A stretch of 54,665 nucleotides of DNA, counting the filler, from Catajapyx aquilonaris (Eukaryota), in assembly GCA_000934665.2 (NCBI GenBank). It is 2 parts of 2 records of this genome, joined end to end, with 100 filler letters (N's around TTAATTAATTAA, not from the genome) between each part and the next. Parts side by side here need not be neighbours in the genome. Positions count along the whole stretch, not along the records: positions 1 to 27,278 come from JYFJ02005077.1; positions 27,379 to 54,665 come from JYFJ02005078.1. The stretch is one strand, 5' to 3'. The stretch's first letter is position 1; each line of letters opens with the position of its first letter. Below are positions 25,096-38,757 of the stretch, piece after piece. The notes below the pieces were generated by a model. That model saw nothing but the letters and a program-made list of their open reading frames with translations, was not told where the DNA came from and searched no databases. The translations under genes were made by a program, and so were the position numbers.

Positions 25096-26299
25096 AGACT
25101 CTGTGTGCAATCACACATTAGCCGTCTCTATATGTTGTTTTTTTCCGTTGGCGATGGCGCGCCTCACTTGGCAACCCCATCAGGAAGTTCTTTCCATTGT
25201 TGCTTTCCACTGTTTACAAATAGCGAGTGACGCGGACGCTGAGACTATGAGGGTGAGTTCAGACTGGGCAATGGTCAGTGCTTACCGTGTTCTTGCCATT
25301 GTTGACACTGCTTGAGTGATGCTGGGCAACGGATCTTCCTGCCTACAGTAATTCAGTGGATGTCACAGGCATAAGCGGGCAGGGGGGGGGGGCATTTTTA
25401 TTTTGAGAAACTGTTTTATTTTCATCACACACGCCACCTGCTATGATGGAGTCACCGAATGGATGGTTGGGAAAGTGCTCGGTGTGCTCTTGTCTGCCAA
25501 TTTAATAAAATAAGGTCCACACTGAATGTCAACAGCTCCCAAACAATGTCGGAGTAACGAGTGGAATGGGAGAAGTGGGTGGGTGAGAGGGAAGGTGGGT
25601 TCACTGGGTAGAAGGTGGGTTGGGTACGGGACTTGTCGTAAACATGGTCGTGAGTAAGGTTCAGCGTTCAGGATCACAACGGGTTGGGGCACTTTCCAGC
25701 TACATCAGGAATGGGAGGTTGCTTGAGATGTCCTTTAATTTCCCGGTGCGAATATGATGCGAATGACATGTAGGGGAGGTTATTTTGAAATATGACGTCT
25801 TATGGGTACATAACAGACGCGGTGTCTGACATACAGGGCATGGCCTCCATTCCTTTAACGGTGGTCGAATTACGATGAAAAGACACAAAAACCCAAAGAA
25901 TCTGTCAGTTGACGCACTTTCAATTAGCACACCCCCGATCTTAATTGTCACCCCCTCCTCAGGCATGGAATACATTTCGTGTGCTGAGGACGAAAAGCTT
26001 TCCTTGAGTCCAGGGATAATTGACCTAAAGTGGATTGCTTCCAACATCGTTATTTTCCTGTATTTTCTTGTGTATCTCTGCACTGTGTAAGCAGGCAGAG
26101 ACACGTAGCTAGGTCATCTGCGTCACTCGCTATTTGTAAACAGTGGCAACAATGGAAAGAACACTAATCACTCTCCACATGCTGATGTTTGAATTGGCCC
26201 GCCGGACTGGGTTGCCAGGTAACGCAGTGCCATCGCCGACGGGGGAAAAAAAAAAAAAACATTCAGAGACGGCTAATGTGTCCAGCACTGTACAGACTC
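25096..26299. mobile_element. Element with imperfect ~140-180-bp inverted arms; interior possibly LINE-derived
   Basis: CACATTAGCCGTCTCT...TGTTTACAAATAGCGAGTGACGC is inverted against 26121-26280. One arm is also present in gene B intron (~18984-19058). Ends approximate. Confidence 0.6.
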
Positions 26300-26367
26300 T
26301 TTCCCAATGCACATAGTAGGTATTGGTGCAATCGTGCTATGGTGGTATCCTCTTCAGTCCTCCAGAC

Positions 26368-26605
26368 CAGGGTCACCTACATGAGTGCCTCCCCCACCTA
26401 GACAGGGTATTGCCTCTCCGCCATATTGGAGCTAACAGGAGCTACATGCAGTGAAAAAAAAACAATTGAAAAAAACAAAAACGAATCGCTTGCCAATTCC
26501 CTATCCTGCAGCATGGGGCGGCCATATTGGAGCTAGATTGCATAAGGACTACGTGAAGACAATACCCTGGTTAAGGTGGGGGAGGCAACCACGTAGGGGA
26601 CCCTG
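26368..26605. mobile_element. hAT-type MITE, 8-bp TSD
   Basis: CAGGGTCACCTAC...GTAGGGGACCCTG flanked by CTCCAGAC on both sides; empty sites in paralogs at ~7441 and ~19120. Confidence 0.92.
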
Positions 26606-26693
26606 CTCCAGACAACACAAACAGGTTTCATTTGATTCATCCAAGTAGTATTATTAGCGTAAAATTATGTCACGGTTTCAGCAGATCACTTAC

Positions 26694-26978
26694 CCCACTA
26701 TTCCTGCCAGATCCAACTCCTAATGGGTCGTCTTCATCTTTGATCTCCCTATTCGTGGCCACCACCATCTCTTCCTCCTCCTCCTCCTCCTCTGCCACCT
26801 CCTTCTTGACCTCACAAAGGGTGTCTTCCATGAGCGTAGTAGAGTCATTGTCCAACCATGGTGGCGGTGCTTCCTCCTCCTCCTTCACCCTTAGCCTCCA
26901 ACTCTCCTCATCCACTGTGATGTCCTCCTCCTCCTCCTTCACTTCCTCCTCCTTCTTTATCCTCAGGATCAACGACAT
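26694..26978 (-). CDS. Zinc-finger gene C, exon 1 (95 codons)
   Basis: Same acidic exon with GGG|GTAAGT donor at 26694/26693. Confidence 0.8.
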
Positions 26979-27278
26979 GGCCCTGTGAGACGGCGGCGGG
27001 TTGAGTTCGATTCCCTCTCTCTCTCTCTCTCTCTCTGGACAGAATGATGCTGCGGCCCGGTCTCTCGTTCGAGGCCAAGTCACTCCGCCATCTTTGATTC
27101 TCTCTTTTCCTTCCCATTCTTTTTTATGCAAATGAGGGTGCGTTCCTACCCCCGCACCATGTCATGGAAGGAAGGCCTTACGCGCTATCCCTTCCCATTT
27201 CAACAATCGCTGCTGCTACTTCCGATATCAACGCTATTCGCAACATACAGGCTTTGGCTGCAGTAGTAATACTGTGTG

Positions 27279-27378
27279 NNNNNNNNNNNNNNNNNNNNNN
27301 NNNNNNNNNNNNNNNNNNNNNNTTAATTAATTAANNNNNNNNNNNNNNNNNNNNNNNNNNNNNNNNNNNNNNNNNNNN
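27279..27378. other. Artificial contig-joining spacer
   Basis: Exactly 44 N + TTAATTAATTAA (stop codons in all six frames) + 44 N = 100 bp. Confidence 0.97.
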
Positions 27379-28874
27379 TGTAAATTCTTGTTCTTGATTA
27401 GCCTTTGAATAATTGTGGATGATGAGATACATTGGCGCGGGGCCTTTATGGTCGGGTCGCCGTAACTCTGACACAGTGATCACTTTTAGTCTTCATCTAC
27501 GAGTATCATTATTCCTTGATGGTTGTGGAAATTTTCACAGGTAGTCTTTCTGAACAGGAAGTTATTATTCTATATGAAAAATGGAGATGATTGTTATGAG
27601 AGGTCGCTGGGATCTCCAACCCAGCAGTTTTAAGTTCCACCCAAATATCAATAGGACTTCACCAAGGAAGGAATGCAGACAGGCTGGAGCAGCCCACATA
27701 CCTGAAGTGGCGAATCAAAAATATTATTCCAGGTGCTGCTTGGAATGGCCAGAAACGTTTTGTTACCATAACTAGGATGTGTATGAAACAATAGGTAAAA
27801 TTTATGAAGTTTACACTTGTCACTTAGGGACAGGAGTGGCACAAGTTGCATAACTAGCCCAGCGGCAATCAGCTCCGCAATTATAGGCGGGTTGTTCTCT
27901 GGCCAGCCTGGCAGCACTCAGTTGCACGTGGGCATCATCTAGATTTATCACCCCCATTATCCAATTAATTGTCAGGGCAGTGTCCGGGTCCATGGCTGCC
28001 TGGAGAGGACTTGTGGGACGCAGGCTGATGATGCTTCCAGGTGACGCTACAAAAATTCTGGAATCAAAAACATGAAAGTATAAGTTTGGAGGATATAAAG
28101 AGTCGCCTCTAGGAGGTCAGCTAATTATTATCCCCGAGCCCATCACCAAAATATAGCTGCTCAAGTACGACCAGGATTCTCGTTAGCTAAAGGTGATCGT
28201 CAAGGTAAACTGTCACTATTGTCACCGTGACCACCAGAAAGTAGTGCATAATGTCTGCCAAATGCTCGCGTTGAATTCATGATGGTTAGAGATGGCCTCC
28301 CATATAATTATGATCGGACAATACTCCCAATTAAATGTAATTATGAAGCATCAGAATATCTCCAAATCTATACCGGCTGTATATATTTATGTACGGGTTA
28401 AACCACCTTCATGACATTTTAGTCGTCCATGAAAGTTGTCCCGGAATTTACCAGCGATTTAAGCGGGATAAATATTAATTTTGATGAATTTATCGAGTCG
28501 AAAGTGTGTAGATGCGAGTATCAAGTGGAGCCCTGGTGGGCAGGCTCAAAGAGACATCTTCCTGCAGGCCATGTGTTAGCCTGCCTAAGAATGTCTGGGA
28601 AGACGTAACAATTCAGATGAATTGATATGACCGTGTGGCATCATTTCAATTCAAAACATTTTAAATCATGTTTTAAAATGTAATCACACTGAACTATCTC
28701 AAAAATTACCAGTTGGGTGCCAAAGATTGACAAGGGAGAAAGTTCCACATGTTTCGATGCTGTTGCACTGAGAATTAGCTTATGTTTCATTTTAGTCATT
28801 CTGAGCTAGAAATATATCCTAATGTCTCCAATTGCGTCGCCATACAGATGTAGTACGATTTTGTCATCATTAGT

Positions 28875-29070
28875 CTTGCTTCTTTTGTCGCAGGTCATTC
28901 AACAGTTCCACCCGCACCATCACATGCTCTTTTGCCATGTGACCTGGCGTTAAGGTCCCACCGCATTTTCATTCCAAGGTGTGACTCCATGATGTCATAG
29001 GTTGAAAAAATTGAGACTTTTTTATACAGAGATGCTGTGTTATCACTGTAGTAACAGTTCAGGTTTGGTT
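28875..29070 (-). mobile_element. Decayed DDE transposase fragment (Sola2-like)
   Basis: YYSDNTASLYKK..FFNL*HH / SHGKRACDGAGGTV resembles the SDG.A.QYKN...SHGK..CDG.GG.VK motif set. Confidence 0.7.
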
Positions 29071-29159
29071 TTCAACATCGCATCACGACCTAACAGAATA
29101 GTAATAAAAATCGACACAGATATGCTGAGGCTTGTATCAGAAGACAGTCACTGATGGTG

Positions 29160-29300
29160 AATTGTGTACGAATGTGTTTTCACAGATGACGGACGGACAC
29201 CTTCAGCACTTGATATGTAAATGAGATAGTAAGAATGGGAGAATGACGTCACAAGTTGTATAGCGAACTTTGATTGTCTTTTTTTTCTTCAATATCTGTC
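29160..29300 (-). mobile_element. Possible gypsy-like RT fragment
   Basis: ...TTCDVI... and ISSAEGVRPSSVK resemble the KC.F...YLGH.IS..GV.P...K end of LTR RT; heavily degraded. Confidence 0.35.
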
Positions 29301-29374
29301 AGAAATCTTTCATACGACAGTGTTATCAGCCAATTGAATCATTGGTACCTTGATCTCCAAAAGTTGAACCAAAC

Positions 29375-29535
29375 AACAATTCAACAATATGTCGACAGCA
29401 GCCAGCAATACAAGTGTCTCACCAATATTGTGAGGCTTCTTGTCTCTTGAAATTATTATATTCTGACCTTTGGTAGAATGCTAGACAGATGCTGGAGACA
29501 GATGTCAACTGCTTCATTGAACTTGATTTCTTTAA
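29375..29535 (-). mobile_element. hAT (Buster/Charlie, ZBED5-like) transposase fragment
   Basis: ISRDKKPHNIGETLVLLAAVDI matches the IAK.KKPHTIGE.LI.PAA.D motif. Confidence 0.75.
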
Positions 29536-30150
29536 ATGTCAGTCGCTACAACCTGTCTGCTACCTCCTGTCCTGTGTGCTACTGAAGAAGATACCAGTAA
29601 TCTTTTGTGTAACCAGTTTATGACGACTGTCATCCTACTGGTTCCACATGCAACACTTGTCTGTGCAATCATTGTTGCCTTTCCATTTGTGTTTGTTCCC
29701 ATATTCAATGGCACAATAGTGCAAAGCTATCACTTGGAACATTTTTCTCTGATGTATAGAAAATCATACGTCATCCGTGTTCAAACATGGGTTTTTAGCA
29801 TGTTAAAAAAATTAGCCTCCCAATTGGGAAAGGCCATCTTCGCTATTTTGCAATGCCACGCTGTTCTTTGTAAAATTTTGGGCTATACAACAGCTATGTC
29901 ACTCATTTCAAGAATTATTCACACCACTTATGAAGTCAAGTAGTAACTGATTTTTAATCATTCGTGTCAAGAAAGGATGTTTTTCTTAAGCCCTGCATGC
30001 TCTATGGTAGGCCTACTGTTCATGTCAAGAATCGGGTAATCTCTTATTCAGCACAGGTTTAGCGAGAGTTATACGTAGTAGGCAACTCTGCATTATTGAA
30101 GGAGAGGTCATCGTGAAGGCCGAATCTGTCTTACCTTATGCTTATTGCTT

Positions 30151-30373
30151 AGCCACCTTTCCGTCCGGTGACTGATCGGACCAGGATCGGACCCATGTGA
30201 AGTAAATATTTCGCTATGTAATGAATGGATTTCAACCAGACATAACTTTTTCGAGACCTTACAACATTTCCAAGGAGCCGTCACTTTTGGGTTTTGTTAC
30301 TTTATAATTCTGCGTCGACTTTCGCCAGCTTATGGCCCTGTCCGTCTGGCGCTCACCGGACGGAAAGCTGGCC
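30151..30373. mobile_element. Small MITE-like inverted repeat
   Basis: GCCACCTTTCCGTCCGGTGA against TCACCGGACGGAAAGCTGGC (19/20 complementary). Confidence 0.55.
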
Positions 30374-31707
30374 ACGCTGATTTCTTCATTGTCCTGCTTC
30401 TCTGCTGTTCTTGAAATGGGGAGATATTGGCCGCCTAATTTTTATATCTTCGTGAAACCCAGGTCATAGCTGCTCTCAACTTTATTTGAGATGAAAACAA
30501 GACTGAGTCATATGTGACCTTTATGTTTGGCGAAAGAGTGGATATCTCACTGTCGACTGCTGCAGAGAAGCTGTATTTTAAGAGCATCTGTTGTAAGCCA
30601 TTTGTGGGAGGGTGTGACAGAAATCATTGGTGATGAGGCACGTACATTATCGCAGAAATTACGAAAATTGTAAATAATGTGATTTTGCATTTCAGTACCG
30701 GATGATTCGAGTCCGAGAGAGCGACGTCGGAATGTGGTTTACCTCTGCAATCTGCCAGTAGATTGCAGATGGGCGTGGTTAGCAAGGGATGGATTGTATG
30801 ACGTTCCTTTCAATACAGGGACAGTTTTATCCTCTTTCTGAAATATGAGCGTTGCTTCCGGCCGCATCTTATTAACATGCAATTGTCCAGCATGAAGCAA
30901 CTCGGCGGAATAATAATTTCATCCCCTCCATTACTTTCTGCCTTTAGGAGTATATACTGTATGGTGTAGGCTATACTTCCTTATATACCTAAGGAAAGAT
31001 TTTTCAGCAGTTGTGAATTAAAGTTTTTCCCGCACATCCACCAAGAACACCACCTGGACCAGACCCTCCATCACCGAACTTCCTTATTGTCTCATGTACT
31101 GTACACCACCACTCAGCATTTGGGACAGAGCATGTTTTGAAATGTTATTTCAGGACTTACCAGGCCAAATGTTTTTATATGCACACTTTGCTGAAACCTA
31201 TATGATTCATTCAAGAAACAATAATTAGCACATGTGGCTAACAGTAGGACTACTGTAATCTGTATCACTCTAGTCTCTAGTCTCGATGTATTCCCAGTTT
31301 GATTTGTTTGTAGTAACAAGGTATCGTTTCCCTCAATTCCTGCTAGCACCTGACACTAGTTGGCCGGGTGTTAATTAACACGCAAGTGTTCTGCAGCATT
31401 GCTTATTAATGTCTCCTATCGTCTTGTGGCACATTGAACACTTGCATGTGCATATGATTAATGTTGGATGTCTACTGTGTGTGTTTCCTTTTTAAATCTC
31501 AGATGAATTGGAAGCTATCAATAAGAACCTTTTTCTTCTGGTTATAAAATCGTACGTCATCCATGTGCAAAAATCAGGGTTTTTGTCCGTCCTCCATTTT
31601 ATAAAAATTAATATATCACATTCGACACAATAACACTATATGGCTCAAAGCATGTACGGCAGAGGGTTGTATAGGACTTCCCCCAATATGTTTTTTTTTT
31701 TTTTTTT

Positions 31708-31905
31708 TGCATCCTTCGAGCTGACAGCGCTGCTGTTTTTCCTTCTGCATCATGAAGTGTCCCACGCAGTCGTGTCGCACCACGTCGTCAGCTCCATTGT
31801 TCATTTGTGCACCCTGGGCCTTCCTGCAAACTTGCGTTGGCGAGTTATCTTCAAATAAACTGTGGAAATTGCTCGTCTGAAATCCTTCAGTGACATTGCA
31901 TTTCG
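31708..31905 (-). mobile_element. piggyBac (PGBD-like) transposase C-terminal fragment
   Basis: MSLKDFRRAISTVYL...GRP / DDVVRHDCVGHFMMQKEKQQRCQLEGC, typical of the PGBD2/3 Cys-rich end. Confidence 0.75.
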
Positions 31906-32419
31906 CCCTTCAGTTCAAACAACGGCTTCCTCCGGGGTTAGAAAATTTCTTTACATGTCATTGACATGGTCGCAGACATAGGATGTATGGATACCTCATG
32001 TCTGCATCTGTGTTAATAAATATTATGATCCAAAGGTCTTTATGCGCATTCATGATGTCCCCTAATCAACGTGCCACCTGTTTTATTCGCCATGCTAGCC
32101 TTACTCCAGTTCCTGTCACACCTGGGAAACTGCCTTTGTCAACACGGTTCTCGATCTTGTTTTATTGTTGCAAAATGTTGCATACAGATTATACTAATTC
32201 AAATGCACCCATCTAGCTGTTATGTAGTATACTTACTTGCATTTTCTGTGCCTTAATGGTTTGGAACCGTACGACACACTTCACGCTTCTTCATTTCAAA
32301 ATGTATTGCCGTGATGTGCAGATATCTTCTCGGTTCCGTAATCGCCGGTGGGGAGATTATTTACCCACTGCTGTGGTTTGCACATGCAACCCGCAACTTA
32401 TTTCCCCAGGTTAAAGCAA

Positions 32420-32580
32420 ATACTGTATTGTGTATACTGCATGTGTGAGGCAGTCAGATATTACAACAAGAGGTGTATGCATCAGTATTTTTATTGTTGG
32501 AACTTCGGTATTGGTTGTGAAATTGTGACTCGCTGCGACGTGACTCTGATGACCCCAATGTCTAGCAGTATTGTAATGCA
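32420..32580 (-). mobile_element. Second Sola2-like transposase fragment
   Basis: HTPLVVISDCLTH resembles the H.SFV.ISD.L.HD motif; an HW lies upstream. Confidence 0.45.
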
Positions 32581-35267
32581 AATATCATGTTGCTAAATGC
32601 AAGTTGGAAAAATGATGTACGTATGACCGCTTTTTAGAAATTCTGCCCCACTGTGCGTTGCCTCTCCATTGTTCAAGTGGAAGCTGTATAACGTAATAGG
32701 CGCAGGTTACTAGATGTTGACCTTATTTCAGACCCGTTTTAAAACGACTGATAGCGAGTCATGGATTAAAAGTGTCCATAATGTGCCACGGCAGATTTTA
32801 AAGCGAGCCGGGAAGCTATGAGTTGGCTTATATCCCCCCCCAGGCAACGACAATCGCATTATGCTATATTACAGAGGAAATAGTAGTCATACGATGCATG
32901 TGTTGTATGTGATGCAAGTGAAGGTCAAAAATCGGATGGGGACAACAGAAGCAGGACGTTGATTTTCTAGTTAATTATAACCTTGTCATTGCAATCGTCC
33001 TTTTATCTGACTTAAATTGGTAGTGCGTAATTCTGGTGAAATTTCATAGACATTTCGTGCCGTTTATTTTTTTGGGAATGAGCAACTATTATCTCATCTG
33101 CAATAAAAATCGAGCAAATATTTGGCGCCTAATATGTTGCGATGTCTTCTTCAAGGTAGCCATTCTGCCGACACTGACCTTTCTGACTGATCTCGAAAGG
33201 CAGTGTAAGTATCCTATTTGCATCGATATTGTTAATTTCCAATCCAGTTTTGTAAGAAGGCCATGTTTGGCTGACAAGATCTTGTATGATGCTCACTATT
33301 CTTTCTGCCTTCTTGCGTCTCGACGTTGTGTTTGTTCCACGGTCCGTCTCTCTCCTTGATCGTGTATGTATCGTGGATAATCTTCTTTGTTGGACCAGAA
33401 ATATTTTTAATTTCTCACAACTGGCAGTTATGGGCACGATAACCAGACACCAAAATCGACCCATAAGGCTGCATTTGAAATGGATTATCCGCCTCGTAGT
33501 AGGTGACAAGGATGGCACAGTTGTGGTGAAGCATTTTGATGAATGGACAACACATTTTGTGAAAGTGAACGTTTTATGACTTCATATGAAGACCATCGTC
33601 ACACTTTGTACATTAAAAATAGCAGTGTCTACATCTGGGTTTTTGCCCCCTCTCTGTTGGGGAGCAACAAAACGATCTACTGTAGGCGATCAAATATTGA
33701 ATATTATTTCTGGTTTACTTGTGACTTCGGGATCGTGAACTGCATCTATTTCTATTTCCTTTTAGGAAGTATTTAGCGCTGGTTGAACGAGAGTGTCGGC
33801 ACCTCTGCATCTTGGAACGGAGACGGACAGAAGGTGTGCGTCGGTGTACCCTTCTCTCCTGTTCATCGTAAGGCCGAATCCTTCTTCGATGAGCCCCGTT
33901 GTCGTGCCTCTGAAATGGGAACTGTTGACCGTCTACTTTTCTTTCATCTTCGTGAAACACTCGTCAAAGCTTCTCACCTGTGATATACAGTATTCCCTTG
34001 CATTGTGAGGTTCAAATAATATTGAACCAGTATCATAATGCATTTTGTATCCACTAATTTTAAAAAAACACACACACATCTCTTATACTGTATATACGTA
34101 TGTACCGTAGAGTACACAGTACAGTTGGGTCATCAAAACGGTTTTTGGCAGGCGGACTTGAAATATGGGTTTCTTTAGTCTCGTATTGGAGCACATCTGG
34201 TCGTGTCGAGTATTATAAGTGTAGCCTTCCACTATTGCGTATTATTAAGTGTGTGACGTTCCCAATAATTGAAGGGTCGTCCCGAATAACGTTGTAAGTG
34301 ATCATTTTCACCAAATCACAACTATATGAATGATTTCTTTGTAAGCAGCCATCATGTGGAGGGCAACGCCTCTTGTCAGTCGCGCCAACTCAACACAAGC
34401 TCATTTCTGAGGATATTGGAGTAGTGTTTTTCTAGTCATGCACTGTTTAACTTTTATCATGTTTTCTTGTACTGTGCAAACACTCGGCCAATAACTGAAG
34501 CCTTACCGAGATTAATTCGAGTCGTGTAATGCGTAACATTAAAGTCATATTGTGTATTCGTGAGAATGGAAGGTATCGTGCATGGTCGAGTTTTTCATTC
34601 ACATATTGCTAAATCCCATGATTCGAGAAGAAATTATTATTAGCACAAGTGGCTAACAGTACCGTACTCTATTATGCATTTCTGATTATGTATTCGCATT
34701 GTGATTTGTTTAGCAGGAATTGTTTCCTGCAATTGCTCCGAGCACAGTCTGGCACTGGCTGGCTGTGTTTTAATAAAAATGTGGGACAGCTGGTTGCATT
34801 TAATGGGAATATTTTCTTTTGTGTATAGGATATGAGCTATTTGTTGCACTATAATGCGCTCTGTCCCGTTTGATTTAACAATTGGCATGAATGACTAATC
34901 ATTTATTCGAGCACATCCGATGTTTCGAGTCCGAGAAAGTGACGTCTAGTTGTGGTGTGTCACCCCCGTCATGGAATACAGCAGTATTTGGGAAATTGCA
35001 GATGGGATTGACCCGCAAGAGATGGATAGTGTGGACATCTTGCAACGGAGGGAAAGGTTTTCCGCTTTTTGAAATATGGGCGATGCTTCCAGCTCTTGCA
35101 TCAGCTTGACTTTACGGTCTTCCAGGAGGTTGGCAAACTTCTCCAAGAAGCCGTCCCAGCTCAAATAGGCGCACCTTATTAGCATGCACTTGTCCTGCTA
35201 CAGTCTATTGTAGCCTTAGTAGCACCTAATTAGTGTGTTCCCTATACACTAAAGTTGAAGTTGAACA

Positions 35268-35390
35268 AAAAGCATGTGAAGAAACCTGGCCGTCAATCTA
35301 TATTCAGCCCAGAAGAAGAGGAGATCTTTGTACCACATTCGGTTGCTGTGGGAAAGTTTGTATTCCTGTCAATCTTTTTGAGCTGCGCTG
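35268..35390 (+). mobile_element. pogo/Tigger-like transposase N-terminal fragment
   Basis: KHVKKPGRQSIFSPEEEEIFV...GKF/IPVNLFELR resembles the GR..VF...EE...GFP...DLR segment of CENP-B-type HTH. Confidence 0.55.
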
Positions 35391-38300
35391 ATCTCGCATA
35401 CATCTTGCCGTCTTGATATTTATTTTCAATGGTTGGAAGTAGTCCTTTCGTCATTTTACCACAGTGATCGCATAGTAGCGTATTGAGAGATGAGTTTGTG
35501 TTTCATCGTAGCTTGATGCCCAATTGCATATCAAACTTCTTCTATTGCTCCATTGATGGCTCAGACTAAATGACAGATATCACTTCATAAGGGATTTCCA
35601 TTTGATGGATATGAAAATAATTGTGCTAGCAGTATACTCTAATATATTGTGCATTACTCGTTATGTATTCGCATTTTGATTTGTTTGCAGGAATTGTTTC
35701 CCTCATCAATTTCTCCAAACACCTTGCACAGGCTGATAATGTGTTAATGAAGACACCAGTGTTCTGAAGCATTGCTTGTTGATAAGTACATATCTGAGGT
35801 TTGCATGTACGCATGTCAGGTTAAATTAAATAAATTCCCAGTTTTTCAGTTTGCCGCTAATATAGTCCAGCAATTATTACCGTAAAAACAAATTGGTGCA
35901 ATAATAATTTGGAAAATCCTAATGACACCTATATTTGGGGAAATGGTTGCTAATTACTCCTGCACTGTCCTTCGTTAATGTGGATGAGAGAATTATGTTA
36001 CCGGTACGTATTTATTTGAAATGCATACTCACCTTTATGCCGTCACAAAATGTCCTTGCACTAAACTGACCAGTCGGAGCACCCAAATATGAATCTCTGT
36101 CGTTCACGTGTTCGTAGTAATCCAACTTATTAAATTTACATTGATGAATGACGTAAAGTGCCTTGACTTGAAGTGAAAATGCTCTTGTCAGTCACCAGGG
36201 GAGAAAGTTCAGGCGCTATATGACTGTGGATACTGGCTTCCATGCTTTTCAGATGCGAGTAACTACTTTGGAGGCCTCAAAATGAGTCAAATACAGTGTC
36301 ATACACTCATGCAGCTTTCACATATAATTGACACTGGTGAAATTATTCACATAATATGCTACAATTGACACTTTGATCATGGCTCAAAAATGCTTCCTGT
36401 TACATAATGATGATGTGTGACCGGATATTTTTGTCACGAGTGAAGATAAGTTGATTCAACAGGCCTGCTGCACTGTAGCTTCATCTGAATTAATCTCCTA
36501 CTGCATGTGCAGTTGCTTATGCGTGCTCAGTTCCATGCGAAGATGTCACTAATGCAGCGTTAGATTTATTGCTGAAAAATGCTCTGCGGTTGACTGATTC
36601 ACCAACATGAAACAACAATTTACTGAATAAGTGCTTTTAGTAAGGAATGATTATCTGACTAAAATGTCTGTATCATAACAGTACTATGCAGAATACTAAT
36701 TGGACCATGTGAAATGGTTAGGTTAGGATGTTTTATTCAGATAATTTGCTATCTCCGGAACATCCAGCATCGTATATATTTGGGAAAAGGGTTACTACTT
36801 ACTCCTGGACTCTCGTTTGTTAAAGTTGATAATAGAATTATGTTGCGTCGTTATATGAAATGTAAACCTTGTTTACATCGTCATAAATGCATTTCAGGCT
36901 AGACTGAATATAGTCGCAACACCCATCAATGCGATGTTGTTTCCTCTGGAGAAAGTCTTCTTCACAACAATTCAACGTCTTAAATTCATAATGATTAATG
37001 ATGTCGTTCGTATCAGAAGCAATCACATGCAAAACGAAAAGGGTTACATCGATGCCAGGATAATTATTTGGTCTGATTGTCTTTTTTTGTTTCGTTGTTC
37101 GATATGCTTTCTGGTTGTCGGCAGCATTTGTAACACCCGAAGTATTGTATCAGTGGGACCGGAATCCATTGAGGTGTTTATTTTCTGAAGGCCATTTCTT
37201 CGTGTAAGTCGCTCTCTGTTCTGATCATATGCCCTGCTCCGCTCTTGCAACCCAGGTCTTCTTCGTAATTATTTCAGATAGTCTTTGTCGTTTATCGACA
37301 CTTCTCAGGTGGACTTAACTGGACAAAAATTATGAGTTATTAGTTTCGCGCTCAATTACACGAATGCGTGGGGAGTGTGACACATACCCTTTTCGTTATC
37401 GAAAAACGACTCCCCAAAGTAATTCCAGAATACAATACATTACTAAGGAAAAGTAAAAAAGCCGCCGCCTCACATGCGATCTCCTAACCGTTACATGTGT
37501 AATGTATGCTTTGCGAGACGTTTGGGATGGTGTAACAGAAATAATTGGTGATGGGCATAGTTACCTGTCATTGACATTATCTCAAATTATGGGGATGAAA
37601 TAATTATTGTTTTCTTTTGAATTTAGGCAGCGGATGATTCGAGTCTGAGAAGTGACGTCTGTCCGTGATATTCCTATACCCTGCTAATCTCATCCGCTTG
37701 ATTCAACAATTGGCATCAATGACTAGTATCTTATTTGGGCATATCCGTGGAGAATCTGCTGCCGTGGGGTTCGCCTACGATCCATTCGGATCTTTCCATC
37801 CGGTCCATCGGGCATTTCATGTATGATGCACATTGTGTCTCCAGTTTCACTGACTGTTAGTGGACCCCCCTGCCTTTTCTCATAGTCTTGGTTGTTTAAA
37901 GACATATCTCGGGAGTACTTAAAGTGGACAAAAACAATGAGTCCCTCAATTACAGGAATTGTTGGGCGAGTGTCATTGTCGTTAAACTGTATTAAAACAA
38001 CTCCCAAGTAATTCGTCGTAGTTTGAAATACCTCATGGCCGTCATGAATGCATAGGTCGAATTCGCAGTAGTTTTATAAAATTTGGTTTTTGTACTTATA
38101 TTCCTCAGTCACACAGAGGAGCACTTGCACCCTTCTTGTGTGAAGTGGGCATGTGCTTTCCGAAAGTCTTCGTGAAGGCCGAATTAGCCTTCCTGATCCT
38201 GTTCATCCGTATCCTATCTTAAAGTTATGGTATGTGTTGTGTCACAAATTTCTTGGTAAGAGTATGTAGGGCAGGAGCAATGTAAAATGAGCATATTCTG

Positions 38301-38526
38301 TGGCATTTGGTGCTAATTTGGTGCTTTACCTAATCACTTGATATGGTGGCAAAAAGATGACGTTGTCACTCGAGGGTTCCTTGTGTTTGATGTCGACAGA
38401 ATTATTATTCCATTTTATGGAGTCCGATGGCCAGTTTGTCTCTCTGGGTTGTCAATATCGAAGCTCTCCCTCTTATCTAGCCTGAGTCAAGTTTTATTGT
38501 GGCTGTGTAAAAATTTTAACTTCACA

Positions 38527-38757
38527 TATCTGTGACGCCTGGGAATCTAGCAGTCTGGGAGAATTGACGCCTGATGTCTTAGGCATTGTTTATGCTGCGG
38601 TCGGGACATTTGATGAGTACCCGCTCCCTCAGGCTCCCAATAGCCAGAGCCACTCGTCTGATGACCCTGCAGACTGTAGGCTGGGAAGCGTTGTCCAGGT
38701 CTGCAATGGTCGGCTGGAAACTTTCAGTGGCTAACAGTCTGAAGGCTATCTGGAGCT
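38527..38757 (-). mobile_element. PIF/Harbinger (HARBI1-like) transposase fragment
   Basis: LQIAFRLLATESFQPTIADL..ASQPTVCRVIRRVALAI...FSQTARFPGV matches L.ALRFYATGSFQ...GD...SQPTV...F...AGFPGV. Confidence 0.85.

Noticed and set aside
36838..37032. Polinton/viral-like peptide
   Set aside because: Resemblance too weak to support without a search.
35400..38500. Gypsy RNase H-like slivers at ~35430-35530 and ~38400-38480 (minus)
   Set aside because: Need several frameshifts to read; not counted in the strand tally.
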